From an uncultured bacterium (GTDB lineage Bacteria; Zhuqueibacterota; QNDG01; DTFT01), in assembly GCA_963736115.1 (NCBI GenBank), contig CAVTNR010000009.1, forward strand, positions 1 to 64,000: a DNA stretch of 64,000 nt. The letters are read 5' to 3'. The notes under the pieces were generated by a model. That model made no database searches and was not told the origin of the DNA. It saw only the letters and a program-made list of their open reading frames with translations. Within the stretch, counting starts at the first letter, position 1, and each line of letters starts with the position of its first letter. The position numbers and the translations under genes were made by a program. Shown here piece by piece: positions 1-9,427 of the stretch.

Positions 1-180
1 CATCCAGAACCGCTCCATGCGGTCGAGCTCCGGTTCGTCTCCGCTGAACCGGATCACGTCTCCCCGCGCCGTGATTTTCACGGGAAAAGCGGCTTCGATC
101 AGGCGGAGGTTTTCATCTCCGGCCCCGAGCAGGTGAAGCGGGTCAATGCCCCTGATGGATATCTGTCTTTCGCGGCTCAT
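1..180 (-). CDS. PhoH-family protein, N-terminus (runs off window edge)
   Basis: Hand translation MSRERQISIRGIDPLHLLGAGDENLRLIEAAFPVKITARGDVIRFSG resembles the PhoH/YbeZ N-terminus (LxGxxDxNLrxIE...ARG). Confidence 0.75.
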   Translation of the reverse strand, partial: MSRERQISIRGIDPLHLLGAGDENLRLIEAAFPVKITARGDVIRFSGDEPELDRMERFWM

Positions 181-186
181 GTCATA

Positions 187-231
187 GAAAAAGCTCTCAG
201 CCCATGAGCGGGCTCAAGGGCCGAGAGCTTT
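187..231 (-). terminator. Long hairpin with T-tract just upstream of the phoH start
   Basis: Minus strand AAAGCTCTCGGCCCTTGAGC-CC-GCTCATGGGCTGAGAGCTTTTT. Confidence 0.55.
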
Positions 232-383
232 CCTTGCTTTTTCATGTGCCGCCCGGCGCGGACTCCGCGGAAAACGCGGCCCGTCGGCCGGGCGGTGGTC
301 TCGATCATCCCGATGGTGAATCCCAGGACTGAATCAGGCCGGGGCGCAGTCCGTCTTGCGCCGTCCGCATCCCCGGGGCCCGG

Positions 384-1220
384 TTACTTCTTGGGAACGG
401 TCAGCACCTGCCAAGGATAAATCGTGTTGGGATTCGAGATGACGTCCTTGTTCGCCTCGTACAGTTTGGTCCACTGGGTCGGATCGCCCAGGACATCCGC
501 GTTTCCGGCGATTTTCTTCAGATAATCGCCCTTGGCGACCAGGTACTGGTTCTGGCCCAGCGTGCGCTGGATATTGAGGATCTGGGCCGGTTCAATCTTA
601 TCCGGATTGGAGATCTGGTCGCGGTTCACGCAGTAAATTCGAATCCACTGATAGGCATCGCCGTAAATGTCGGGCTTCTTCGCGATTTTCCACAGATAGT
701 CGCCCTTGACCACCGTATACTGGTCGTACACGCCCATGAGTTTCGTGTCGAGGGCCGCGAACTTGGCGTCGAGTTCCGCGATCTTTTTCTCGAATTCAGT
801 GAGGATGGCGATTTTGCTGCCCTTCGCCTCGGCCAGCCGCTTCTTCAGGTCGGCGATCTCAGCCTTGCGGTCCAGCAGATCCTCGGCGGACAGGGCGGAC
901 AGCTCATCCAGCTTGGAGCCGATGCTGCCGAGTTCCTCGCGGTACGAATCGACCGCGGCCTTGTCCACGCCCAGCATCGCATACACTTCGGCCCACACGG
1001 CATCGATCTGCGCCTGCGTCTCCTCGATCTGCTTGCGGAGATCGGCGTTCTCGGTCTCGAGCGCGGCGACGCGGGCCGCGTTGTCGGCTGCGGTTTTCTG
1101 GGACGCGGCCAGCTGCACCTTGTATTCATCCATGTTCATCTTTTCCTGGCTGAACACGGACGAAGCCGAAACGAGAAGCAGAGCGGCAAGCGTCAAGATC
1201 AGAGTGACCTTCATCTTCAT
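384..1220 (-). CDS. Secreted coiled-coil protein with two LysM domains
   Basis: Signal peptide, long coiled coil, two LysM repeats (YTVVKGDYLWKIA, YLVAKGDYLKKIA); SD AAGGAGG before ATG 1220. Confidence 0.85.
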   Translation of the reverse strand: MKMKVTLILTLAALLLVSASSVFSQEKMNMDEYKVQLAASQKTAADNAARVAALETENADLRKQIEETQAQIDAVWAEVYAMLGVDKAAVDSYREELGSIGSKLDELSALSAEDLLDRKAEIADLKKRLAEAKGSKIAILTEFEKKIAELDAKFAALDTKLMGVYDQYTVVKGDYLWKIAKKPDIYGDAYQWIRIYCVNRDQISNPDKIEPAQILNIQRTLGQNQYLVAKGDYLKKIAGNADVLGDPTQWTKLYEANKDVISNPNTIYPWQVLTVPKK

Positions 1221-1262
1221 TCTCAAGCCTCCTTCATCAATGGGACATACCGTTGGCCGGGA

Positions 1263-1526
1263 TTACTGTCCCAGCTTGGCGCGCACTTTCTCGCGTTCCG
1301 CCTTGGCGTACTCGAGTTCCTGCTGTTTCTGGGCGAGCTGGGCCTTGAGTTCCGCGTTTTCCTTTTCCAGCTGGGCGATCTTGTCCTGACTTGCCTGGAC
1401 GGCCGCCTGGGATTCCTCAAGAACCTGCATCTGCTTGTCGTTGGCATTGCGCGAACAACCCGACAGTACAAAGCCCGCCGCAAGCACGGTCAGCAGCAAT
1501 ACGAAAGACCGAAACCGCTTTGCCAT
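1263..1526 (-). CDS. Small coiled-coil lipoprotein
   Basis: SD AGGAGG; lipobox LSGC followed by Q/A/E/K-rich heptads. Confidence 0.8.
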   Translation of the reverse strand: MAKRFRSFVLLLTVLAAGFVLSGCSRNANDKQMQVLEESQAAVQASQDKIAQLEKENAELKAQLAQKQQELEYAKAEREKVRAKLGQ

Positions 1527-1797
1527 TCCCTGCACCTCCTTTTGGCTGATAGGATCGTAAAGCGTATTCATGAAAATATCTGAAAAATTCGGCATATTGT
1601 CAAGCTAAAAATGATTTTACAGCGCATTTCGGACCGCGCTCCGGACGGGTCATTGGCCCCTTCACGGGCATTTTCGCCAGGATCGGACACGTATAAAACC
1701 CACGCAAACCTGAAAAGCAGATATTAAAGGAAAGATTCCGCCGCCGAAAACGGCTTATGTCCTAGCAAACAATGCACTTACCTTCGTGTGGGCCTGC

Positions 1798-3567
1798 TTA
1801 TTCCGTGATTTTCAGCCCCAATTCCTTCAACTGGTCCTCACTGACCTCGGACGGGCATCCATCCATCAGGGAGAGCGCGCTTGTCGTTTTCGGAAATGCG
1901 ATCACTTCGCGTATGGATTCTTCGCCTGCCAGGAGCATGACCAGCCTGTCGAAACCGAAGGCGATTCCGCCGTGCGGCGGGGCCCCGAATTCCAGGGCCT
2001 CAAGCAGAAATCCGAATCTCCTTTCGGCTGTTTCGCTGTCCATGCCCAGACTGCGGAAAAGCGATTCCTGCACGGATTTCCGGTGATTCCGGATGCTGCC
2101 GCCCCCGATCTCGGAACCGTTCACCACCAGGTCGTACGCGCGGGCGCGCACACGGCCTGGATCCGTTTCGAGCAGGGGGATGTCCTCCTCTCTCGGCGAC
2201 GTGAACGGATGGTGCATGGCGGCCCAACGGCCGTCCTCTTCGCTCCATTCGAGAAGCGGAAAATCCGTCACCCAGAGCGGCGCGAAAGCATCCCCGGGGA
2301 TCAGGCCCCGGTCGTTCGCGAGCTTCTTCCGAAGGGCGCCGAGCGCGTCCCCGCATATTTTGGCCTTATCCGCGACGATAAAAGCGGCATCTCCGGCCTT
2401 CATGGACAGCGCCTCGCCGGCCGCGGCGAGGAATTCCGGGGTCGTGAATTTCAGAATCGGGGACAGCCACTCCTTCTCCGTTCGTTGAAGGACCACGAGC
2501 CCCTTCGCCCCGAAGCCTTTGACGTATTCCGTGAGTTCGTCGGTCTGCTTGCGCGACACCGGCCCCGCGGCCTCGAGCCGGATGCCCCGCACCGCGCCTC
2601 CGCTCCGCACCGCCTCCTCGAAAACCCTGAATCCGGAATGCTCCGCGGCCGGGCTGATGTCGGTGATTTCCATTCCGAAACGCAGATCCGGTCGGTCGGT
2701 GCCGTAGCGGGACACTGCCTCGTCATAGCCCATGCGCGGGAAAGGGTTCGGCAGGCGGATGTCCCGGAATTCCGCGAACAGCCGGCGCGTCAGCTCCTCC
2801 ATGATCGGGAGAATGTCCTCCTCCGTGACGAACGACATCTCCGCGTCGATCTGCGTGAATTCGGGCTGACGATCCGCCCTGAGGTCCTCGTCCCTGAAAC
2901 AGCGGACGATCTGGAAATACCGGTCAAAGCCGGAAATCATCAGTGTCTGCTTGTAAATCTGCGGCGACTGGGGAAGCGCGTAGAACCGGCCCTTGTGGAC
3001 GCGGCTGGGGACCAGGTAGTCGCGCGCGCCTTCCGGCGTGCTCTTCATCAGGATCGGCGTTTCGATTTCCAGAAAGCCATGGCTGTCCAGAAAGTCGCGA
3101 ACGGCTTTGGCGGCCCTGTGACGGAGAATCAGGTTTCTCTGCATCTGCGGCCGACGCAGGTCGAGGTAGCGGTATTTCAGCCGGGTTTCGTCCGTGGCGT
3201 CGCAGGGATCCTTGATCCCGAAGGGGAGAATTCCGGACTCATTGAAGATTTCACATTGTTCCGCTTCGATCTCGATTGCGCCCGTGGACAGCCGGGGGTT
3301 CACCATTTCCGCGGGCCTCAGTCTCACCTTGCCGCGTATGCCGACCGCCCACTCGGACTTCACCCGGCGCGCCGCCTCGAGCGCCGCGGCGTCGCCTTCG
3401 GGATGAAAGACGACCTGGGTGATGCCGTACCGGTCGCGCAGATCCACGAATATCACGCCGCCGTGATCGCGCTGATTTGCGGCCCAGCCGACCAGCGTAA
3501 CCGTGCTTCCGGCATCCTGCTTCGTCAGACCGCCGCATGTGTGCGTGCGGCGCCAGAGCCATTCCAT
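1798..3567 (-). CDS. aspS: Aspartate--tRNA ligase
   Basis: RTHTCG, RDHGGVIFVDLRD, STPEGARDYLVP, RCFRDEDLRADRQPEFTQ, GAPPHGGIAFGFDR motifs. Confidence 0.98.
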   Translation of the reverse strand: MEWLWRRTHTCGGLTKQDAGSTVTLVGWAANQRDHGGVIFVDLRDRYGITQVVFHPEGDAAALEAARRVKSEWAVGIRGKVRLRPAEMVNPRLSTGAIEIEAEQCEIFNESGILPFGIKDPCDATDETRLKYRYLDLRRPQMQRNLILRHRAAKAVRDFLDSHGFLEIETPILMKSTPEGARDYLVPSRVHKGRFYALPQSPQIYKQTLMISGFDRYFQIVRCFRDEDLRADRQPEFTQIDAEMSFVTEEDILPIMEELTRRLFAEFRDIRLPNPFPRMGYDEAVSRYGTDRPDLRFGMEITDISPAAEHSGFRVFEEAVRSGGAVRGIRLEAAGPVSRKQTDELTEYVKGFGAKGLVVLQRTEKEWLSPILKFTTPEFLAAAGEALSMKAGDAAFIVADKAKICGDALGALRKKLANDRGLIPGDAFAPLWVTDFPLLEWSEEDGRWAAMHHPFTSPREEDIPLLETDPGRVRARAYDLVVNGSEIGGGSIRNHRKSVQESLFRSLGMDSETAERRFGFLLEALEFGAPPHGGIAFGFDRLVMLLAGEESIREVIAFPKTTSALSLMDGCPSEVSEDQLKELGLKITE

Positions 3568-3625
3568 AGAGTCTTCTCCGCCTGGATTAATTTAAAGTCG
3601 GAATGATGGGGATCATACGGTTTTA

Positions 3626-3714
3626 AAGTTCATAGTTCATAGTTCATGGTTCATAGAGAAAGAAGGATAGTGGAATCTGGACGCGCTCTTTTCTTAACTA
3701 TGAACTATGAACTT
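3626..3714. repeat. Inverted heptamer tandem array
   Basis: (AGTTCAT)x4 at 3626-3656 facing inverted ATGAACT units at 3696-3714. Confidence 0.85.
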
Positions 3715-3752
3715 TATACCGCTGAAAAATATACTCTTTGCAGAGATAAAAA

Positions 3753-4763
3753 TCAAGACCCGAACGCGTACGTCTGCTTGAAGCTCACACTGCCTTCGGA
3801 AGAGGCGATGGGGTCGAAATCCTTCCACTGGCGGATACGGGAGAGAATGCACTGCTCGGCCTTCTCGTCGTTCAGCGTGGAGGAGACCACGGAGACATCG
3901 GACACGGTTCCGTCCGGAGCCACGGTGATGCGCACCACAACTTTTCCGGCGAGCGACGGATTCTGACGCAGGGACCGCTCGTAGCAGTATTTGATGGCCG
4001 GCACGTGGCGGAGCGTGACCTCGCGGAGCGACTCCGGACTCCGGGCCGTGTTCCGCTGGGCCGCGCCGGACACGTCGGAAGTCCGGTCGATTTTCAGCGC
4101 GCCTTTTCGTGACGCCGATCCCAGACGCATCGACCCGAGCTCGACCACCACGTCATTGATGTCCGACATACCGCCGGTGCGGCCGCCGCGCGCCGACTGG
4201 CCGCCGTCCGGCTCTCCGCTTCCGCCTGTCCCGCTTTCCGGACCTTCCCCGCGATTGCCCCCCTCGTTGAGCGATGACAGGAGTTCGCCGACCTCTCCTT
4301 CCAGCCCGCCGCCCAGGGTTTCCCCTTCCCCGGCCACCGGGTCCACATTCACGCCGGTCATCATGCCGAGAATGCCCTGGCCGTTCACCTGTCGGGACAG
4401 GGCCTCGCGCGAAAAACGACTCCCGCCGGTGCCGGCGCCCGTGCCGCCCGCTCCTCCGCCGCCTCCTCCGACTCTGCGGCGCCGGCCTGCCGAGTTCCCC
4501 TGATCGGACAGGAATTCGGCTTCGCCGACGTCCTCAGCCACGGACGGCGGGGGCGGGAGTTCGTTGTAGGTCATGACCCGCACCAGCTTGTAGGTGGATT
4601 TCTCCTCTTTGGGCGACAGCAGGTCGTGCGCCCAGTACCATCCCAGCAGGACGAAATGCAGAACCGCGGCAATCGCCATCCCGCGGATGATGTTCCCTCT
4701 GTAATTCTGCTTCAATTCCACGGCGCCGTAAAAGGACGACCCGGGAAAAATGATCCTCAGCAT
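3753..4763 (-). CDS. TonB-like protein with AgmX/PglI (GltG/GltJ-type) C-terminal domain
   Basis: N-terminal YGAVELKQNY motif and TM helix, PPPPS, Gly-rich linker, C-terminal IKYCYERSLRQNPSLAGKVVVRITVAPDG. Confidence 0.8.
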   Translation of the reverse strand: MLRIIFPGSSFYGAVELKQNYRGNIIRGMAIAAVLHFVLLGWYWAHDLLSPKEEKSTYKLVRVMTYNELPPPPSVAEDVGEAEFLSDQGNSAGRRRRVGGGGGGAGGTGAGTGGSRFSREALSRQVNGQGILGMMTGVNVDPVAGEGETLGGGLEGEVGELLSSLNEGGNRGEGPESGTGGSGEPDGGQSARGGRTGGMSDINDVVVELGSMRLGSASRKGALKIDRTSDVSGAAQRNTARSPESLREVTLRHVPAIKYCYERSLRQNPSLAGKVVVRITVAPDGTVSDVSVVSSTLNDEKAEQCILSRIRQWKDFDPIASSEGSVSFKQTYAFGS

Positions 4764-4769
4764 GCGGAT

Positions 4770-5117
4770 TCACTTCCTCTTCTTTTTGATCGAACTTCGG
4801 ATGCTGGGCGCGGGCTCCACCCTCCGGATGGACGTGTCCGGACTCATGAAACCGCCCGCTCCGCCGCGTATTTCATCCTTGAAGCTCCGGTCCAGGGACG
4901 TGTCTCCGAGCCCGGGGTCGAGCTTCGTCGGAACCAGGATGACATTCGGCTGTTCGATCCGTCCCTGAATCTCAATGTTGTCCAGATCGATCTCGCCGGA
5001 AACCGCGGGCGGCCCGACACCGGAAGTGTCGGCATTCACCGCGGAGGAAGCCGCGAAAACCGGAAACGTCAGAAAGCAGGCGAAGGCCATCGCGGCCCGT
5101 CTGAACGCAGGCATCAT
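4770..5117 (-). CDS. Small secreted protein, CglF/GltF-like
   Basis: Signal peptide; DLDNIEIQGRIEQPNVILV...RSFKDEI motif; coupled to the upstream TPR gene. Confidence 0.55.
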   Translation of the reverse strand: MMPAFRRAAMAFACFLTFPVFAASSAVNADTSGVGPPAVSGEIDLDNIEIQGRIEQPNVILVPTKLDPGLGDTSLDRSFKDEIRGGAGGFMSPDTSIRRVEPAPSIRSSIKKKRK

Positions 5118-8100
5118 CGGCCGCCTCCCGCGGACGCGGCTTCGGGAGCGGCTCCGGCCGCGTCTTCAGGCACGTATTGAACGGACAGACCTACCTCCAG
5201 CCAGAACGGTCCGGCCGCATCCGCGAAAACCTCGATCCGGTTTCGGCCCTTTACGACAAAACCGGATACGTCGGTCTCTGCTTCCCCTTCAGCGGGTTTC
5301 AAATCCGATCCATTGATGCGGACGACGCAGGCCGAACCCGATGTGAACCGGACGGTCGCGAATACCGGCCAGCCCGGCACATCCCACGTTTTTCTCAGGC
5401 TGCGCCGGACGGTCAGCGTGTCGCCCGGGGACGCGCCGATGCGAAGGCCGCCTGCGGCGCCTTCCGAAGAGACGGCCGGGGACGGACGGATCACGGCCGC
5501 GGGCGCCCAACCGGCCGCCGGACCCGGGCCCGGACCCGGTGCGCCTGCTTCCACGCGGCCGGCCTCCCAAGTGCTGTCCGTGCCGACCCGCGCCGTCAGC
5601 AGGGAAAGATTCCATTTCTTCAGATAACCGGCCGGATCCTTCCGAATCAGACGGCCGGCGACGGCCATACCGGACGCGGACGGGGGCTGAAATGCGTGGT
5701 CCGTCTCAACCGCGTCCTCCAGCAGAATTGTTTCATATTCGGTGAAATAAACCTGATTGTCCTCGAGCATGGCTGAAATGTCCTCATACTCCGTGTTCCG
5801 TCCGCCTTCGGCCAGTTTCAGCGTGAGGCCGGAGAGGGCCGCATTTTCCGACGCGAGAACCCGGAGCGTGTCCGAGAGCCTGAGGCTGAACGCCATCAGC
5901 CGTTCCCGGTCTTCGGCCGTAAAAGCGGAGCCGACTCCGGTCTTCGCGTACCTCTCAAGTCCGTCCCTGCCGAAAACCAGCGCGGCCTTGGAGTACGACT
6001 GGGACAGTTCCAGGCTGTTCACGACGGTATCGATCCATTCCTCGGGCAGGCCGGCCGGATCTTCCGGATGTTTCGCGTACCGGTCGAGCGCGTTCCGGTA
6101 CAGCCGCAGGCCGTCCCAGGTCAACGCCTGGTACCGGCCGCCGATCAGGCCGAACGTCCTCCGTATCTGAGACCTGGAGGAATCGACCCAGGCATTGCTG
6201 AGGCCAAGGCTGTCCGACACGGACAGGTTCCGCTGATGCGCCTGCCCCGCCGCATCCGCGATGGGCCGAATGACCTTGATGAGAACCTGGCTCCGGTATT
6301 CGAGGCCGGCCAGTTCGCTCAGCGTCTCCGGCACAGGCGCGGCCAGTATTCCGGACAGGGTGGCGGTGTGTATCCCGGCGATGCGGTACAGCGTTTCGGA
6401 AATCTTGGGGCGGATACGGTCGGCCCAGCGGCCGGACGTCGTCCGGAGGCTGTCGACCGGTCCGGCCCCGGCCGGCTCAGCGGACAGGCGGACCAGCACG
6501 GACAGGGCGGCGCGGAAGGCCTCCAGCCCCTGGCCGTAGACGGCCGCGGCCCGGTCACGGACCGCTTTTTCCCGGACGGCCCGTGCGATCGGCTCCAGGG
6601 CCGGAATTTCCTGCAGGCTCCAGGCACGGGCGAAACGCTCGTAGGTTTCGCCGATCCGGTACAGCGATTCCGGCATCCGTTCCGTGCGGAAAGACGCGAC
6701 TTTCGCGTAGTCCGCTGCAAGCCGCTCCATCATCGCCTGCATCCGGTCGATCCGCGCCTTCATTTCAGTCTCCGGCAGGCGGAACACGAAGCGTCCGTAC
6801 TCGCGTTCGCGGATCCGGCAGATGCGGAACAGCGCCTCCGCGGCCTGCGCCGGATGGCCCGGCATTCCCGCGGCCTGCAGGGAATCGTTCCTCTGGACCG
6901 CGCGCCGGAACCAGAACTCCGCGCGGTCGAGCGAATCGGATTCCTCGTAATGACAGCCGAGCTTCACCCACAGTTCCACGCCGGCCGGCGAGGACGGAAA
7001 AAGCGTCCCGTACCGGGCGTAGAGGTCCAGGGCTTTTTGCGGATGGGGCGTCCGGAGCGCGGTTTCGGCGGTCTGGTAGAACACGGCCGGCGCGTCCGGA
7101 GCGTCCGGATACGCGGCCGCATACGCCTCGCCGGTTTCGGTCGCCTTGATCCAGTCCTCCGCCTTCGCGTAGTACAGGCGGGCGTTGAACAGCGCATCGG
7201 CCGCGGCCGGGTCGGGTCGCCGGGCGCGATGCAATTCCTCGTAACGCGCCGCGGCCCGGAGAAACTGCCCCTGTTCCGCGAGGTTCACCGCGAGGTTCTG
7301 CAGGGCGTCGGGGAGGCGGGGGGACGCGGGATACGAGGCGCGCAGGTTCTCGTAGGCCCGGATCGCCGCGTCGTAATCGCCCGCCGCGTCGAAGCTTCTT
7401 CCCGCGTTGAAAAGCGCCCGGTCCGCGAATTCCGATTTCGGGGATTCCAGCGCCCCGCGCAGGAATTCCGCGCCCGCTTCGGCCTGCCGGCCGGCCGTGG
7501 CCAGGTTCTGGGCGGACATGAAGACCGCCTGGGCCAGACGGATGCGGAGCCGCTCCGCGTAGGGTTGGGCCTCGGGTTCCTGCGCCAGCTTCTTGCAGTA
7601 AATTTCAACGCTTGCGTAATCGTGTCCGGCCATGTAACTGTCGATGACTGAAAAATGAACCTGCTCGCGGTTCGGGTGGTCCGGGAACTGCCGGATCAGG
7701 GTGCGGAAGTATTTCAGCGCCTCGTCATAGTTGCGGTGCGTGAACTGGAGCGCGCCCGTGTTTGCGAGCAGAACCGGCGTGTTGGGATCCCGCGGGAACA
7801 GCCGGATGTAATTGTCCGCGGCCATGACCATCCACTTTTCCGCGTCCGTCAGCGGGACCGGCCGGCTGGTGTCCGCCGGAACCTCGGCCGCGGACGGCGC
7901 CGTCCGGCGTTCGCGCCGGACCAGCGTGTCGGCCATGACGACCGCGTTCTCGGCCGCATCCCGCGTCGAAGGCAGGCCTCCGATCCGGGCGGTTTCGACA
8001 TAGGCTTCGCCCGCATAGAGCATGCTGATCGTGAGGTATTCCTGCAGGGCTTCCCTGTAGTCATGCATTTTCGTGTCGAGCAGAAGCGCGAGGTTCCATC

Positions 8101-9427
8101 GCACCTGAAGGGCGCTCAGGTCCTCGGGAAAGGCCTCCAGATAAGTCCGGCCGAGATCCGCGGCGCGCCGGTACAGGGCCGGATCCGCGGGCTCGGACGC
8201 TTCCGCCCGGCGCAGGAGCCAGTTGAAATTGTCCCGCAGGGCCTGCTCGGACAGACGGTAGGCCTGCAGGCGCGCCTTTCCGTCCAGAACCGCGTTCCAC
8301 CACTCGCCGCCCGGCCGGCAGGTGGCGAAAAGCGCCTGCCGCGTATCGAATGCGCCGGTCTCATCCTTCATCCTGAGCCGGCATTCGGCGATGCGGCTGT
8401 GAATGACGGGCGTCTCCGCATGCAGAGGCGCCATTCGGATCAGGCTTTCGAAAGCCTGCACGGCTCCCGCGTAATCCTCCTTGTCCTCCATGTAGATCGT
8501 CCCAAGCCTGGCCAGGACGTCGCGGCCCCAGTCCGGCTGGCCGAGCTTCTCTCAGGTATTCGGCCGCCTTGGCGGGCCCGCCGTAATCCGTGAAGGCAAC
8601 GGCGATGTAATCGAGCGCCTCCCGGGTCAGGTCCACTGCCGAGGCCGACCGGTCCTCCGGACGGCCCTCGCCCAGGGTCTCGATCAACGTAGTGAAATAG
8701 CTGATCGCAGGCGCGTACTGTTCCAGTCGGTAATAGCTCCAGCCCAGCTTGTACAAGGCCTCGGGGAACCGGGGGCTCTGGGGGCGTTCGATCACCTTTT
8801 TATAGTAGTAAACCGCGTTCTCCAGATCGTTTCCCGGCGGATTGAACGCGTATTCCCCGAGCCGCATCGCCGACTCCACGGCAAAGGGGCTCTGGGGGAA
8901 ATCGAGAGAATCCGACGGTAGAGCACATTGGCCGAGTCGTTCCGGCCGGTCTCCTCCTCGAGATAGGCGCGGTTGTACAGCGCGTCGTCCGTGAATTCGC
9001 TTTTCGGGAAACGGTCGAGAATGCGCCGGTAAACCGCGAGGGCCTTCGGATAGGCCGGCGCCGGTTCGGGTCCCGCCGCCGCGGGCGGACGGGCCTCCCA
9101 GGTCTTCAGACTGTCGAAGAAATCCTCCTTCTCCTGCATCGCGTACAGATGCCCGAGTCGGATCAGGATGTCGTCCTCATAGGCGGATCGGCTCCGTTCC
9201 GCCAGCAGTCGCTCTCCGGTTTCGATTCCCCGCCGTATCAGGCCGCGCTTTTCCGCCTGGAGCGCGTCCAGCTCGCGGCTGTAATGCCCGCGGTATTCCT
9301 GCAGTTCCTGCATGGAGAGCGGCCAGAACGTGGAATCCGCCCCGCTCCTCAGGCTCTGATCCGCCGCGGGCCCGGCCAGCGCCAGCCCGACCGCAAACGC
9401 CGCGCATGTCAACCGCCCGATCCTCAC
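5114..9427 (-). CDS. Giant secreted TPR protein (about 1,430 aa), split by two frameshifts
   Basis: ORFs 8792-9427, 8361-8879 and 5114-8491 join into continuous TPR repeats if indels near 8906 and 8550 are corrected; N-terminal signal peptide. Confidence 0.8.

Noticed and set aside
1786-3606. Long antisense ORFs (e.g. 606 aa opposite aspS, 866 aa opposite glgP, 657 aa opposite the TonB receptor)
   Set aside because: Shadow ORFs expected from high-GC codon bias; no recognisable motifs
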